Source of the DNA: Actinomycetes bacterium
GTDB lineage: Bacteria; Actinomycetota; Thermoleophilia; Solirubrobacterales; JACPNS01
Reading direction: 5' to 3'
Length of the DNA: 64,000 bases
Assembly (NCBI GenBank): GCA_023404495.1
Contig: JAEYBE010000026.1
Location: forward strand, 5,457 to 69,456
Under the pieces are notes generated by a model, which did no database searches, was not told the origin of the DNA, and was given only the letters and a program-made list of their open reading frames with translations. Each line of letters opens with the position of its first letter. The stretch's first letter is position 1. The translations under genes and the position numbers were made by a program. Positions 53,483-62,013 of this stretch are shown piece after piece.

Positions 53483-54814
53483 CTAGGGCTGGTAGACCAG
53501 CGGAGCAATCGAGTTGCCCGGCGCGATCTTCGAGCAGTTGTTGGGCAGCGTCCAAGAGCTGAATGCGCCGAATCGGTCGTTGACCCAGCTGATCGCCTGG
53601 GGCAGCCAGGAGAGCGCGCTGGTGACGTGGCTTCCTGCGTACTCGTTGTACTGGACCTTCACGCCCTGTGAGCAGTACTTGCGCAGCAGCGAGCGGACGT
53701 CGCCGGCGATCATCACGCCGTCGCCCTTGCCGATGCCCGGCTTGTTGCCGGGCGTGCCCTCAAGCTCGCCACCGGTTCCCTGGCCGACAAACAGCGGGAC
53801 CTTCGGCGTGCCACCGGTGCCCATGATCACCTTGTTTGCCGCTGTGACGAAATCAAGGATGCTGTTGGGACGTGAGTACTCGGGCTTCACCATGTCGGTC
53901 CACTTGAGACCGGGGTAGGCGCCGAGCACGTTGATGATCGAAGCCTTGTCGAGCTTGGCGAGCAACTCTGCGCCCTGCTCGTTGACGTACGGCGACATGT
54001 CGATGCCGTAGGAACGGGCGACGCCGATGATCGCCATCGGAGCCACGCCGGCCCAGATCGGTGTGCCTTCGACGTACGGCAGGTTGTTCGCCGGGTGCAC
54101 GAGCACACCACCGAATGCGGCGCCGATCAGGTTGTTCTCAAGCTCGGGCGCGTAGGTCGGCGCGAGTTCCGCCGCCCACTCGGTGGCGATCGCGCCGCCG
54201 GAGTAGCCGATCATCGCAACCTTGGCCTTCGATGAGAGATCCACCGCAGGGGACTTGATCGCGGCGCGGATCGAGTCGAGCGTGTTGGTTCCGTACTCCG
54301 GGCCTGCGGCGAAGTCTGCGGTCTGGCCCTGCGTGTCGGAGGTGATCACCGTGTATCCCTGGAGCAGATAGGGCGAGAAGAGCAGCGTCTCGATCTGCGG
54401 GATCAGTCCGCCCAGGCCGAGTCCTCCGGCGATCTGAACCGAGGGCTGATCGTCAGGGTTCAGTGAGTCATAGAACGACTGATAGGAAATGACCTTGTCG
54501 CGGTTGAGGCAGAGCAGGCAGCTCGGCTGGATCACGGTCGTCGCATTGACGGTCGCTTCGCCGCGCGCGTTGGTGGCGCGGTAGAGCAGCTGCGTCGCCT
54601 TCAGCGGTGTCGCGAGCCCAACGATGTGGTACGGCACCGTTCGCGTCTTGACGACGGTTCCCGGAGACAGGCTCGAGAGCGGCGTGCTCCCGGTGTACTG
54701 GTAGAAGTCGTCACTCGCGGAGGCGGCAGACGACGCGCTCGGTGCCATCAGCGCCGCGATCATCGCGGCAAGGCAGACGAGCAGCAGGTGTCTTACGGAC
54801 AGACGGATACGCAT
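53483..54814 (-). CDS. Secretory lipase (LIP family)
   Basis: ORF track trimmed to ATG 54814 (MRIRLSVRHLLLVCLAAMIAALMAPSASSAA). Nucleophile elbow VAMIGYSGGA. Length and pattern fit the LIP family. Confidence 0.75.
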   Translation of the reverse strand: MRIRLSVRHLLLVCLAAMIAALMAPSASSAASASDDFYQYTGSTPLSSLSPGTVVKTRTVPYHIVGLATPLKATQLLYRATNARGEATVNATTVIQPSCLLCLNRDKVISYQSFYDSLNPDDQPSVQIAGGLGLGGLIPQIETLLFSPYLLQGYTVITSDTQGQTADFAAGPEYGTNTLDSIRAAIKSPAVDLSSKAKVAMIGYSGGAIATEWAAELAPTYAPELENNLIGAAFGGVLVHPANNLPYVEGTPIWAGVAPMAIIGVARSYGIDMSPYVNEQGAELLAKLDKASIINVLGAYPGLKWTDMVKPEYSRPNSILDFVTAANKVIMGTGGTPKVPLFVGQGTGGELEGTPGNKPGIGKGDGVMIAGDVRSLLRKYCSQGVKVQYNEYAGSHVTSALSWLPQAISWVNDRFGAFSSWTLPNNCSKIAPGNSIAPLVYQP

Positions 54815-54908
54815 GAGACTTTCGATTCCCCCCAATTGGCTTTTTCTATGCGAACCTCCCCGGGTCGCATAGGCGCTCCGGCCACGATACCCGAACGCGC
54901 GGTGGCTG

Positions 54909-55547
54909 TCAAGCAGCGGATTCGTCGATCGTCTCGCGAGCGACCGTGATCAGGCCGGAGAGACTCCGCAGGTAGAGCTCGCGGAGCTCTTCTGGCGGAA
55001 CGATCGGGTCGTTGGCCCAGCGCATCACGGTTACGTAGATGAACGCGGTCCAACCCTTGATCGCGTGGCGCATCTCGGGGGTCGCGTGGAAGTCGTCAAC
55101 GCCCAGCTCCCGGCTCGTCTCGAGCATGCCGGCGAGCATCATGTCCGTCTGTCGCTCCTGCGCCGCAGCGAACACTTCGCGCGCGATCCGGTCGGAACCC
55201 GCGCCGCCGTACGGGGCAAGCGCACCGTAGGCCTTGTGGTCCTGGGCCCAGGCAATCACCTCGTCGAGCACGGCGGCCGTCCGCTCGAGCGGCGGGAGTT
55301 CGCGATTGGGTTCGGTGCGAATCGCCAACTCCTCGCCAAGCATGCTGATCACCGCCGTGTAGAGCCCTCGCTTGTTCTCGAAGTAGTAGTAGACAAGCCC
55401 TTTGGCGACACCCGCGGCTTCGGCGATGTCTTCAACGTGGACGTCTCCATACGGGCGCTCGGCAAACTTCACCTCGGCCGCGTCGAGGATCTGTCCGCGC
55501 AGGTCTGGCCTGGGGTTGGTGCGAATCGTCGGCTTCGACTGCGCCAT
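54909..55547 (-). CDS. TetR-family transcriptional regulator (paralog A)
   Basis: 212-aa ORF with FAERPYGDVHVEDIAEAAGVAKGLVYYYFENKRGLYTAVI. Divergent from the lipase gene. Confidence 0.8.
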   Translation of the reverse strand: MAQSKPTIRTNPRPDLRGQILDAAEVKFAERPYGDVHVEDIAEAAGVAKGLVYYYFENKRGLYTAVISMLGEELAIRTEPNRELPPLERTAAVLDEVIAWAQDHKAYGALAPYGGAGSDRIAREVFAAAQERQTDMMLAGMLETSRELGVDDFHATPEMRHAIKGWTAFIYVTVMRWANDPIVPPEELRELYLRSLSGLITVARETIDESAA

Positions 55548-55593
55548 CGGTCAGAGCGTATTCGCGCCCGCGCCGCACCGCCAGAAACTGAAC

Positions 55594-55635
55594 GCAATCC
55601 GATTGCTTGACTTTCGTTCAAATTCTTGGTAGCGT
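55594..55635 (+). promoter_or_regulatory. Candidate sigma70-type promoter of the lipase gene, with an abutting 13-bp palindrome (possible TetR operator)
   Basis: -35 TTGACT (55607-55612), 17-bp spacer, -10 TAGCGT (55630-55635). Palindrome GCAATC-C-GATTGC at 55594-55606. RBS GGGAGAGGGG precedes ATG 55708. Confidence 0.45.
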
Positions 55636-55707
55636 GGCGTTTGCCGGCCGCCGATAGTCCGCTTTGATCGGCCGGCTGCAGAATCTTGAACTTGGGAGAG
55701 GGGAACC

Positions 55708-56376
55708 ATGAACCGACTGGCACGCGCCTGCCTGGTCACAGTCGTATTGATCGCCGCGCTTGCAGCACCCGGTGCCGCCAACGCTTCGAGCAACGATCCG
55801 ATCGTCTTCGTCCACGGTTACGGCGGCAATTCATCGGGCTGGGACACGTTCAAGTCCTGGCTGATTGCGGATGGATATGACTCGAGCGACTTCGCAGTCG
55901 TCGACTATGGGATCACCGAGTCGAACGTCGGAATCGCCCAAAAGGTCAAGCAGGCGAGCGACCAGCTGCGTACTTCGACCGGTGCCGCGAAGGTCGACAT
56001 CGTGACACACTCGATGGGCGGCCTCTCTTCGCGCTACTACGTCAAGAACCTCGGCGGCGCGAGCTACGTCAACCAGTTCGTCTCGATCGCCGGTCCAAAC
56101 CACGGAACCACACTCGCGCTCGCGTGCACGTTGTTCCTTGAACCGTGCCGCGAGATGACGCCAGGTGGATCCTTCTTGAAAGCACTCAACGCCGTCGACG
56201 AGACCCCGGGACCCGTCGACTATCTGACAATCCGGTCGATCTGTGACGAGATCGTCGTTCCGTTCACCAGCACCCCGCTGAGCGGCGCGACAAATGTCAG
56301 TGCCGGCTGCAAGGAGCACATCTTGATGAACCGCGACGCGGATGTCTACGCGAGCGTCAAGTCGTTCATCCAATAA
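55708..56376 (+). CDS. Secreted small lipase (class 2 / Bacillus LipA-like alpha/beta hydrolase)
   Basis: 222-aa ORF. Signal peptide ends AANA. PIVFVHGYGG oxyanion region and nucleophile elbow VTHSMGG. Confidence 0.8.
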   Translation: MNRLARACLVTVVLIAALAAPGAANASSNDPIVFVHGYGGNSSGWDTFKSWLIADGYDSSDFAVVDYGITESNVGIAQKVKQASDQLRTSTGAAKVDIVTHSMGGLSSRYYVKNLGGASYVNQFVSIAGPNHGTTLALACTLFLEPCREMTPGGSFLKALNAVDETPGPVDYLTIRSICDEIVVPFTSTPLSGATNVSAGCKEHILMNRDADVYASVKSFIQ

Positions 56377-56437
56377 CTCTCAGTTCCCCCCAAAGGCACT
56401 GCGAGGATCTGGAAGCGACCGCCCGAGCCAGGCAAAT

Positions 56438-57091
56438 TCAGCCGGCAGGGCGGTCGCCTTCGGACCGCTTCGCCCCAGCGGCCAGTGTCGAGGCGATCGT
56501 CACGCCCAGGGCGCGAACAAACAGCTCCCTGAGCGCGGTCGGCGTCATGTCGCGCCGCTCAAGCCAGTCATCGGTGACGGTCCAGACGAACGAAAGCCAG
56601 CCGAGCACCGCACCCCGCATCATCGGCAGCTTGGTCGGGTCTTCGAGACCGAGCTCCTCGGCGTAGTCGCGCATTCCGTCGAGCGCGACTTCGGTCATCG
56701 CCCCGAACGCACGTCTGTAGAGCCCGCGGATCACCGGATCAGATCCGGGCGCCCCAGCAACCGCGAGCTTGAAGACCTGCACTTCGGTCGCCCACTGAAT
56801 GAAGGAGTCGGTGACCGCCTTCGTGCGTTCAGTCGGCGGGAGCGAACGATCGGGCGTTGTGCGCACGATCATGTCCTCGACGAGGCCTTCGATCACCGCC
56901 GCATAGAGCCCGCGCTTGTTCTCGAAGTGATAGCCGATCAACCCCTTTGCCACATTGGCGTCCGCGGCGATCTCCTCGACCCGGACCGATTCGTACGGAC
57001 GCTCCGCGAAGAGCCGCTCCGCGGAGAGCAGCAGCGCCGCGCGCGAGTCAGGGCGCGGGCTGTTCGGGGTCGGATTCGCCAGTGCGGTCAC
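56438..57091 (-). CDS. TetR-family transcriptional regulator (paralog B)
   Basis: 217-aa ORF with FAERPYESVRVEEIAADANVAKGLIGYHFENKRGLYAAVI, closely matching paralog A. It starts 10 nt after the PPOX gene. Confidence 0.8.
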   Translation of the reverse strand: MTALANPTPNSPRPDSRAALLLSAERLFAERPYESVRVEEIAADANVAKGLIGYHFENKRGLYAAVIEGLVEDMIVRTTPDRSLPPTERTKAVTDSFIQWATEVQVFKLAVAGAPGSDPVIRGLYRRAFGAMTEVALDGMRDYAEELGLEDPTKLPMMRGAVLGWLSFVWTVTDDWLERRDMTPTALRELFVRALGVTIASTLAAGAKRSEGDRPAG

Positions 57092-57101
57092 TGACTCGAG
57101 G

Positions 57102-57611
57102 CTACTCCCGCGGCAGCCCGGCGGCGGGAACCAGCTCTATGTAGACAACCTCCGTGAGGCGTCTGGATGACCGCTCGAAAAGCCGCCTGAATATCCCCCA
57201 CCCCGACAGGATCACGCGCTTGGCCTGGGCACGTTCGTCGTCGCCTTCAAGGATTCGGCCGCGCGCCGCGATCGGTGCACCGAGCGGCTCGCCGCGCGGT
57301 CCGCACGGCGCCACTAGGGCGTTCGGGTTGTTGCGCAGGCGCTTGGCCTTGTAGGCGTTCTCCTCAGTCCAGACATAGAGGCGATCCCCGTCGCGCCCGA
57401 ACCAGACCGGCATCGGGACGCCCTCGCCGTTCTTCTTGTAGGTGACGAGCAGCATGTACTTGTGGCCTTTGAGCGAGCCGAAGCCCTCGTGCAGCGGCTC
57501 GACGGAGAGCACTTCGAGTGCACGCGGTGAACGCGTGCGATCGAGCATCGACTTGTTGCGGAAGATAAGTCGCGCGATCGGTCCGCGCTCGTGTGTGGAG
57601 GGGTTGGCCAT
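57102..57611 (-). CDS. Pyridoxamine-5'-phosphate-oxidase-fold (PPOX class, probably F420-dependent) protein
   Basis: 169-aa ORF with KYMLLVTYKKNGEGVPMPVWFGRDGDRLYVWTEENAYKAKRLRNNPNALVAPC, typical of the split-barrel family. Confidence 0.65.
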   Translation of the reverse strand: MANPSTHERGPIARLIFRNKSMLDRTRSPRALEVLSVEPLHEGFGSLKGHKYMLLVTYKKNGEGVPMPVWFGRDGDRLYVWTEENAYKAKRLRNNPNALVAPCGPRGEPLGAPIAARGRILEGDDERAQAKRVILSGWGIFRRLFERSSRRLTEVVYIELVPAAGLPRE

Positions 57612-57744
57612 CGGGCTCCTGAGGTTCAGATGATTGGAGTTTCCTTTGTACAGGATCGCGCGTTACCGAATTGGTGCAGACGTGTTGCTGAATTGTTTGA
57701 TTTCGGTCTTGAATCGTTACTCGCGAATCTCTTGACTGCAGTGC

Positions 57745-58071
57745 ATGAGCAAGAAAAAGCGACCCAAGAATCCCAACAATCCCGCGATCGACGAACTCGG
57801 GCTTGACCCCGACTTCTATGACGCCCTCGGAAACCCGATCTCATGGACCGATCCCGTCAGCGGCGCCCTGATGGGCGGCGACCCGATGGCCTTCGCTGCG
57901 GCTGGCGACGCGGTGCAGATCGTCGGCACCCCTGCCCAGCTCGCGAGCGGCAAGGAGCCGACCCTGCGCGCGATGACACTCGATGACATCGAAGACGACT
58001 GTCCGGTCTGCCAGGTCAACCGAGACCGCATCCTCGCGGGCGACGCGCCGATGATCTACGCGTTCGACTGA
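57745..58071 (+). CDS. Hypothetical protein
   Basis: 108-aa ORF (MSKKKRPKNPNNPAIDELGLDPDFYD...DDCPVCQVNRDRIL). Coding-like bias. No motif recognised. Confidence 0.4.
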   Translation: MSKKKRPKNPNNPAIDELGLDPDFYDALGNPISWTDPVSGALMGGDPMAFAAAGDAVQIVGTPAQLASGKEPTLRAMTLDDIEDDCPVCQVNRDRILAGDAPMIYAFD

Positions 58072-58107
58072 CGCGCGGCGTCCGGAGGCGCACATAGCTT
58101 TCTGCAT

Positions 58108-59484
58108 GTGGCAAGGCCGGTGACCAAGTGGCTCGTCCTGGTGGGTGCGGTGATCTCGACCGCAGGTGTGCTCTTTGGCTACGACCAAGGTGTCATTTCA
58201 GGTGCCCTCAGCGGCATCGAGCACGACTTCGACACGAGTACGACGACGCTGGAGATCATCACCAGCTGGGTGACACTCGGGGCGCTGGTCGGCGCGCTGA
58301 TTGCCGGTGTCACGGCAGACCGCTTTGGGCGACGTACGACCGTCATCGCGGCCGGTGTGCTGTTCATTGGCGGCGCGCTGGTCGAGGCGGTCGCACCCGG
58401 CTCGGCGGTGTTGGTGGTCGGCCGGCTGATCGTCGGATTTGCGGTCGGTATCGCCTCGGTCGCAGCGCCGCTGTATGCCGCGGAGATGGCGCCGACGCAT
58501 CTGCGCGGCCGATTCGTCTCCGGGTACCAGCTCGGCATCACCTTCGGAATCTTCATCGCCTACCTGGTCGATGAGCTGCTCGACGCCGGCGATTGGCGGG
58601 TGATGCTCGGCGCGTCGGCCGTGGTCGGCGTCGTGCTGATCGTGCTGATCCTCCCCCTCCCTGACACGCCGCGCTGGTATCTGAAGGCCGGACGCCGCGA
58701 CGACGCAAGGGCCGCGTTGGTGAAAGTGGCCGGCGACCCAGACCCCGACGCGACGATCGCAGAGCAGGTGGCAGCCGAGGACGGCGAGAGTGAGGCCAGC
58801 TGGGGCGTCGCGTTCTCGCGGCGTTGGCGTACTCCGCTGATGGTTGGTGTCGGTCTCGCGGTCTTCCAGCAGATCACCGGCATCAACGCGATCATCTACT
58901 ACGCAGACAAGATCTTCGATGCGGCCGGCTTCGAGACCGTCGCCCAGCAGACTGCCGCGACGACCTGGGCCGTCGGCGCGGTGAACGTATTGGCGACGCT
59001 GATCGCCGTGGCATTCGTCGACAAGCTCGGACGCAAGCCGCTGCTGCTGGCCGGCCTGATCGGCATGGGCGTCAGCCTCGCGGCCGTCGGATTCTCCTTC
59101 CTCGAGCTCGGCGATGTGTCGCTCGCCGGCTCTTCGCAGAAGGTCTCGACCGCCGGCACGCTGACGCTCGTGGCGCTGGTCGTCTACATCGCCTCGTTCG
59201 CGTTCTCGATGGGTCCGGTGGTCTGGACGATCATCAACGAGATCTACCCACGCGAAGTTCGTGGGCGCATGGTCTCGATCGCCACGGCGGTCAACTGGTT
59301 CTCTGCGTGGCTCGTGAGCCAGTTCTTCCTCTCGCTGGTGAACGCGATCGGCGAGCCGGCGACCTTCTGGCTCTTCGCGTCGCTCTGCGGTGTCGCCTTT
59401 CTCTGGATCTGGCGCAAGGTGCCAGAGACCAAGGGCCGCTCGCTCGAGGAGATCGAGCAGATGTGGTCCGGCGCGAGCAGGTAG
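58108..59484 (+). CDS. MFS sugar porter (sugar:H+ symporter family)
   Basis: 458-aa ORF with a GTG start. FGYDQGVISGAL, DRFGRR, LPDTPRWYL, PETKGRSLEEIE. Confidence 0.85.
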   Translation: MARPVTKWLVLVGAVISTAGVLFGYDQGVISGALSGIEHDFDTSTTTLEIITSWVTLGALVGALIAGVTADRFGRRTTVIAAGVLFIGGALVEAVAPGSAVLVVGRLIVGFAVGIASVAAPLYAAEMAPTHLRGRFVSGYQLGITFGIFIAYLVDELLDAGDWRVMLGASAVVGVVLIVLILPLPDTPRWYLKAGRRDDARAALVKVAGDPDPDATIAEQVAAEDGESEASWGVAFSRRWRTPLMVGVGLAVFQQITGINAIIYYADKIFDAAGFETVAQQTAATTWAVGAVNVLATLIAVAFVDKLGRKPLLLAGLIGMGVSLAAVGFSFLELGDVSLAGSSQKVSTAGTLTLVALVVYIASFAFSMGPVVWTIINEIYPREVRGRMVSIATAVNWFSAWLVSQFFLSLVNAIGEPATFWLFASLCGVAFLWIWRKVPETKGRSLEEIEQMWSGASR

Positions 59485-59520
59485 CCAGGTCCAACTGGAC
59501 CTCCGGCTGACCCGGCACAT

Positions 59521-61170
59521 ATGCTCCCCAGCGTGAAACGCTGGACGGTGCTGATCATCATGTGCGCGGCGCAGTTCATCATGGTGCTCGACACCACGGT
59601 GATGAACGTGTCGGTTTCAAACGTCGTTGAAGACCTCGACACCTCGCTCACGACGGTCCAGCTCGCGATCACGCTCTACACCCTGGTGATGGGATCGTTC
59701 ATGTTGCTCGGCGGGCGCCTGGGCGACATCTTCGGCCGCAAGAAGATCTTCGGCATCGGACTGATCGTCTACGGGGTCGGTTCGATGACCACCGCGCTCA
59801 GCCCCAACGCCGGCTGGCTGCTCTTTGGCTGGTCATTCGTCGAAGGTGCCGGCGCCGTGATGGTGATGCCGGCGATCATCTCCCTGACGGCTTCCAACTA
59901 CTCGGGACGCGATCGCGCAACCGCATACGGCGCACTCGGTGGCATTGCGGCGGCTGGCGCGGCCGCCGGTCCGCTGATCGGCGGCTGGGTGACGGAGGCA
60001 TTGACATGGCGCGTGGTCTTTGCCGCGGAGACGCTCGTCTGCATCGTGATCGTGTTGCTCATGAGCCGGATCGCGGACGCCAAAAGCGAGGCCCGCGGTC
60101 GAATCGACTGGCCCGGCGTTGCCTTCTCGTCCCTGGGCCTCGGGCTCGTGGTGCTGGCGATGCTGCAGGCCGGAAGCTGGGGCCTCTTCCGCCCGACCGG
60201 CGCGCTGACGATCGCCGGGCATGAAATCACACCATTCGGATACTCGGTGGTTCCGTTCATGGTGCTCGCAGGCCTGCTCGTGCTCTATGGATTCTTCGCC
60301 TGGGAGCGCCGCGTGATCGATCGCGGCGGCAGCCCATTGATGCACCCTGCCCTGCTGCGCAAGCTGCAACTGCGAAACGGCCTGGTGATGCTGATGGCTC
60401 AGCAGACCGTGATCGGCGGAATGTTCTTCGTGATTCCGATCTACCTGCAGTACGTGCTGCTCAAAGACGCCTTCGAGACCGGAGTAAAACTCGCGCCGAT
60501 GTCAATCGCGATGCTGATCGCGGCTTTCAGCGGGCCGAAGCTCGCCGAGACCCGCTCGCCCCGCTGGATCGTCACGGTCGGCCTGGCACTCGTCGCCGCC
60601 GGCTCGGTGTTGCTGATCTCGACGATCAATCCCGAGCTCAACGACACGCTGTTCGCGGTCGGCATGGCGATCTTCGGCGCTGGATTCGGACTTGTCGCCT
60701 CCCAATTGGGCAACGTGATCATGTCCTCGGTCGGCGACTCCGACCGCGGCGAGGCGGGCGGCCTCCAGGGCACAGCACAGAACATCGGCACCTCGCTCGG
60801 CGTCGCGATGATCGGCGCGATGCTTGTCGCAAGCTTGAGCACCGGCCTCGACGAGCGCGCGCAGCAGGACCCCGCGATCTCGCAGTCAACCAAGGCTGCA
60901 ATCAGCGAGGTCTCCGCCAAGGGCGTCGATGTCGTGACCAGCGCGGAGGTGAGCAAGGCGCTGGCAAACGCCGGGGTCTCTGGCGCGGAGGCCGACGCGG
61001 TGGTCGCCGCCTACGAGTCGGCTCAGATCGACGCGATCAAGGACGCGATCTTGCTCTCAGCGATCCTCGCCCTGATCGGGCTGCTGATCGCTCAGCGGCT
61101 ACCGCGGGTGCCGGGCGTCGAGCTCGGTGCGGAGGACGATCGCGCGCCCCCCGCACCGGCAAACGCTTAG
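59521..61170 (+). CDS. MFS drug:H+ antiporter, DHA2 (14-TMS, EmrB/QacA-like)
   Basis: 549-aa ORF with AAQFIMVLDTTVMNVS, GRLGDIFGRKK, and about 14 hydrophobic segments. Confidence 0.8.
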   Translation: MLPSVKRWTVLIIMCAAQFIMVLDTTVMNVSVSNVVEDLDTSLTTVQLAITLYTLVMGSFMLLGGRLGDIFGRKKIFGIGLIVYGVGSMTTALSPNAGWLLFGWSFVEGAGAVMVMPAIISLTASNYSGRDRATAYGALGGIAAAGAAAGPLIGGWVTEALTWRVVFAAETLVCIVIVLLMSRIADAKSEARGRIDWPGVAFSSLGLGLVVLAMLQAGSWGLFRPTGALTIAGHEITPFGYSVVPFMVLAGLLVLYGFFAWERRVIDRGGSPLMHPALLRKLQLRNGLVMLMAQQTVIGGMFFVIPIYLQYVLLKDAFETGVKLAPMSIAMLIAAFSGPKLAETRSPRWIVTVGLALVAAGSVLLISTINPELNDTLFAVGMAIFGAGFGLVASQLGNVIMSSVGDSDRGEAGGLQGTAQNIGTSLGVAMIGAMLVASLSTGLDERAQQDPAISQSTKAAISEVSAKGVDVVTSAEVSKALANAGVSGAEADAVVAAYESAQIDAIKDAILLSAILALIGLLIAQRLPRVPGVELGAEDDRAPPAPANA

Positions 61171-61464
61171 CTAGCCGAGCAGCTTCGCCTTCTGTGCGGC
61201 GAACTCCTCGTCGGTGAGGATGCCCTGTTCGTGCAGCTGGCCGAGTTCCTTGAGCTTGGCGATCTGCGGGTCCTCGGCCGGCGCGGCCGGGGCGGCGGGG
61301 GCGTACTGCTGCTGGGGCGGGGCGACCGGCGCCATGTACCCGGGCTGAGCCTCGTTCTGCTCGGCCCAGCGGTTTGCCTGGCGGCGGGAGACGTTGTTGC
61401 TGACTGCCGTCGCCGTACCGGCGACGACTGCGGTGCGGGCGACCCCGCGGAGTAGACCTGGCAT
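61171..61464 (-). CDS. SHOCT-domain protein
   Basis: 97-aa ORF with C-terminal IAKLKELGQLHEQGILTDEEFAAQKAKLLG. Confidence 0.7.
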   Translation of the reverse strand: MPGLLRGVARTAVVAGTATAVSNNVSRRQANRWAEQNEAQPGYMAPVAPPQQQYAPAAPAAPAEDPQIAKLKELGQLHEQGILTDEEFAAQKAKLLG

Positions 61465-61505
61465 GTTGAATCTCGCTTTCTGAGTTAGAAGAGTCGGGTG
61501 ACGGT

Positions 61506-61934
61506 TCAGGCGCCTGCGGCCTCGAGCGTTTCGATCAGCGCGTCGATCGGTACAGCACCGCGCGCGACGACCTGAGCGCCGTTTCCGCGCAGGGCGCCCG
61601 CAAGCGGCGCCGCCCAGAGGTTCTCCCAGATCAGTACGGCGGCGGAGGTTCCCGGCTCGATCGCCGATGCCGCTTCGCCAATGTCGCCTTCGTCGAGCAG
61701 GCCGCTCGCCGCACCGTCAAAGACGGCGAACTCGGCGGACAACTCGTTGACGTCCAGGGTTGCCACGGTGCCGTCGTCAGCTTTGGTGATGAAGGCCAAG
61801 TCGATGATTCGGACGAGACCGCGATCGACCAGGTCGATCAGATGCGGCAGCGCCTCGCCGTTGGGCTGTTGGTCAGGCCACTCGACCACGAGATAGTCGA
61901 TCGGGCCGATGGCGTCGAGAGATTCGTCAGACAT
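61506..61934 (-). CDS. DUF6325-like protein (family name from memory)
   Basis: ORF track 61506..62108 trimmed to ATG 61934 (MSDESLDAIGPIDYLVVEWPDQQPNGEALPHLIDLVDRGLVRIIDLAF...). Confidence 0.55.
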   Translation of the reverse strand: MSDESLDAIGPIDYLVVEWPDQQPNGEALPHLIDLVDRGLVRIIDLAFITKADDGTVATLDVNELSAEFAVFDGAASGLLDEGDIGEAASAIEPGTSAAVLIWENLWAAPLAGALRGNGAQVVARGAVPIDALIETLEAAGA

Positions 61935-62013
61935 TCGCGCAAATACCCCTGTGAGTTCGCGTGTTGGAAAATCGGACCTCGGCGCTCGCCTTGCGGTCCG
62001 GATACCGGCGATC

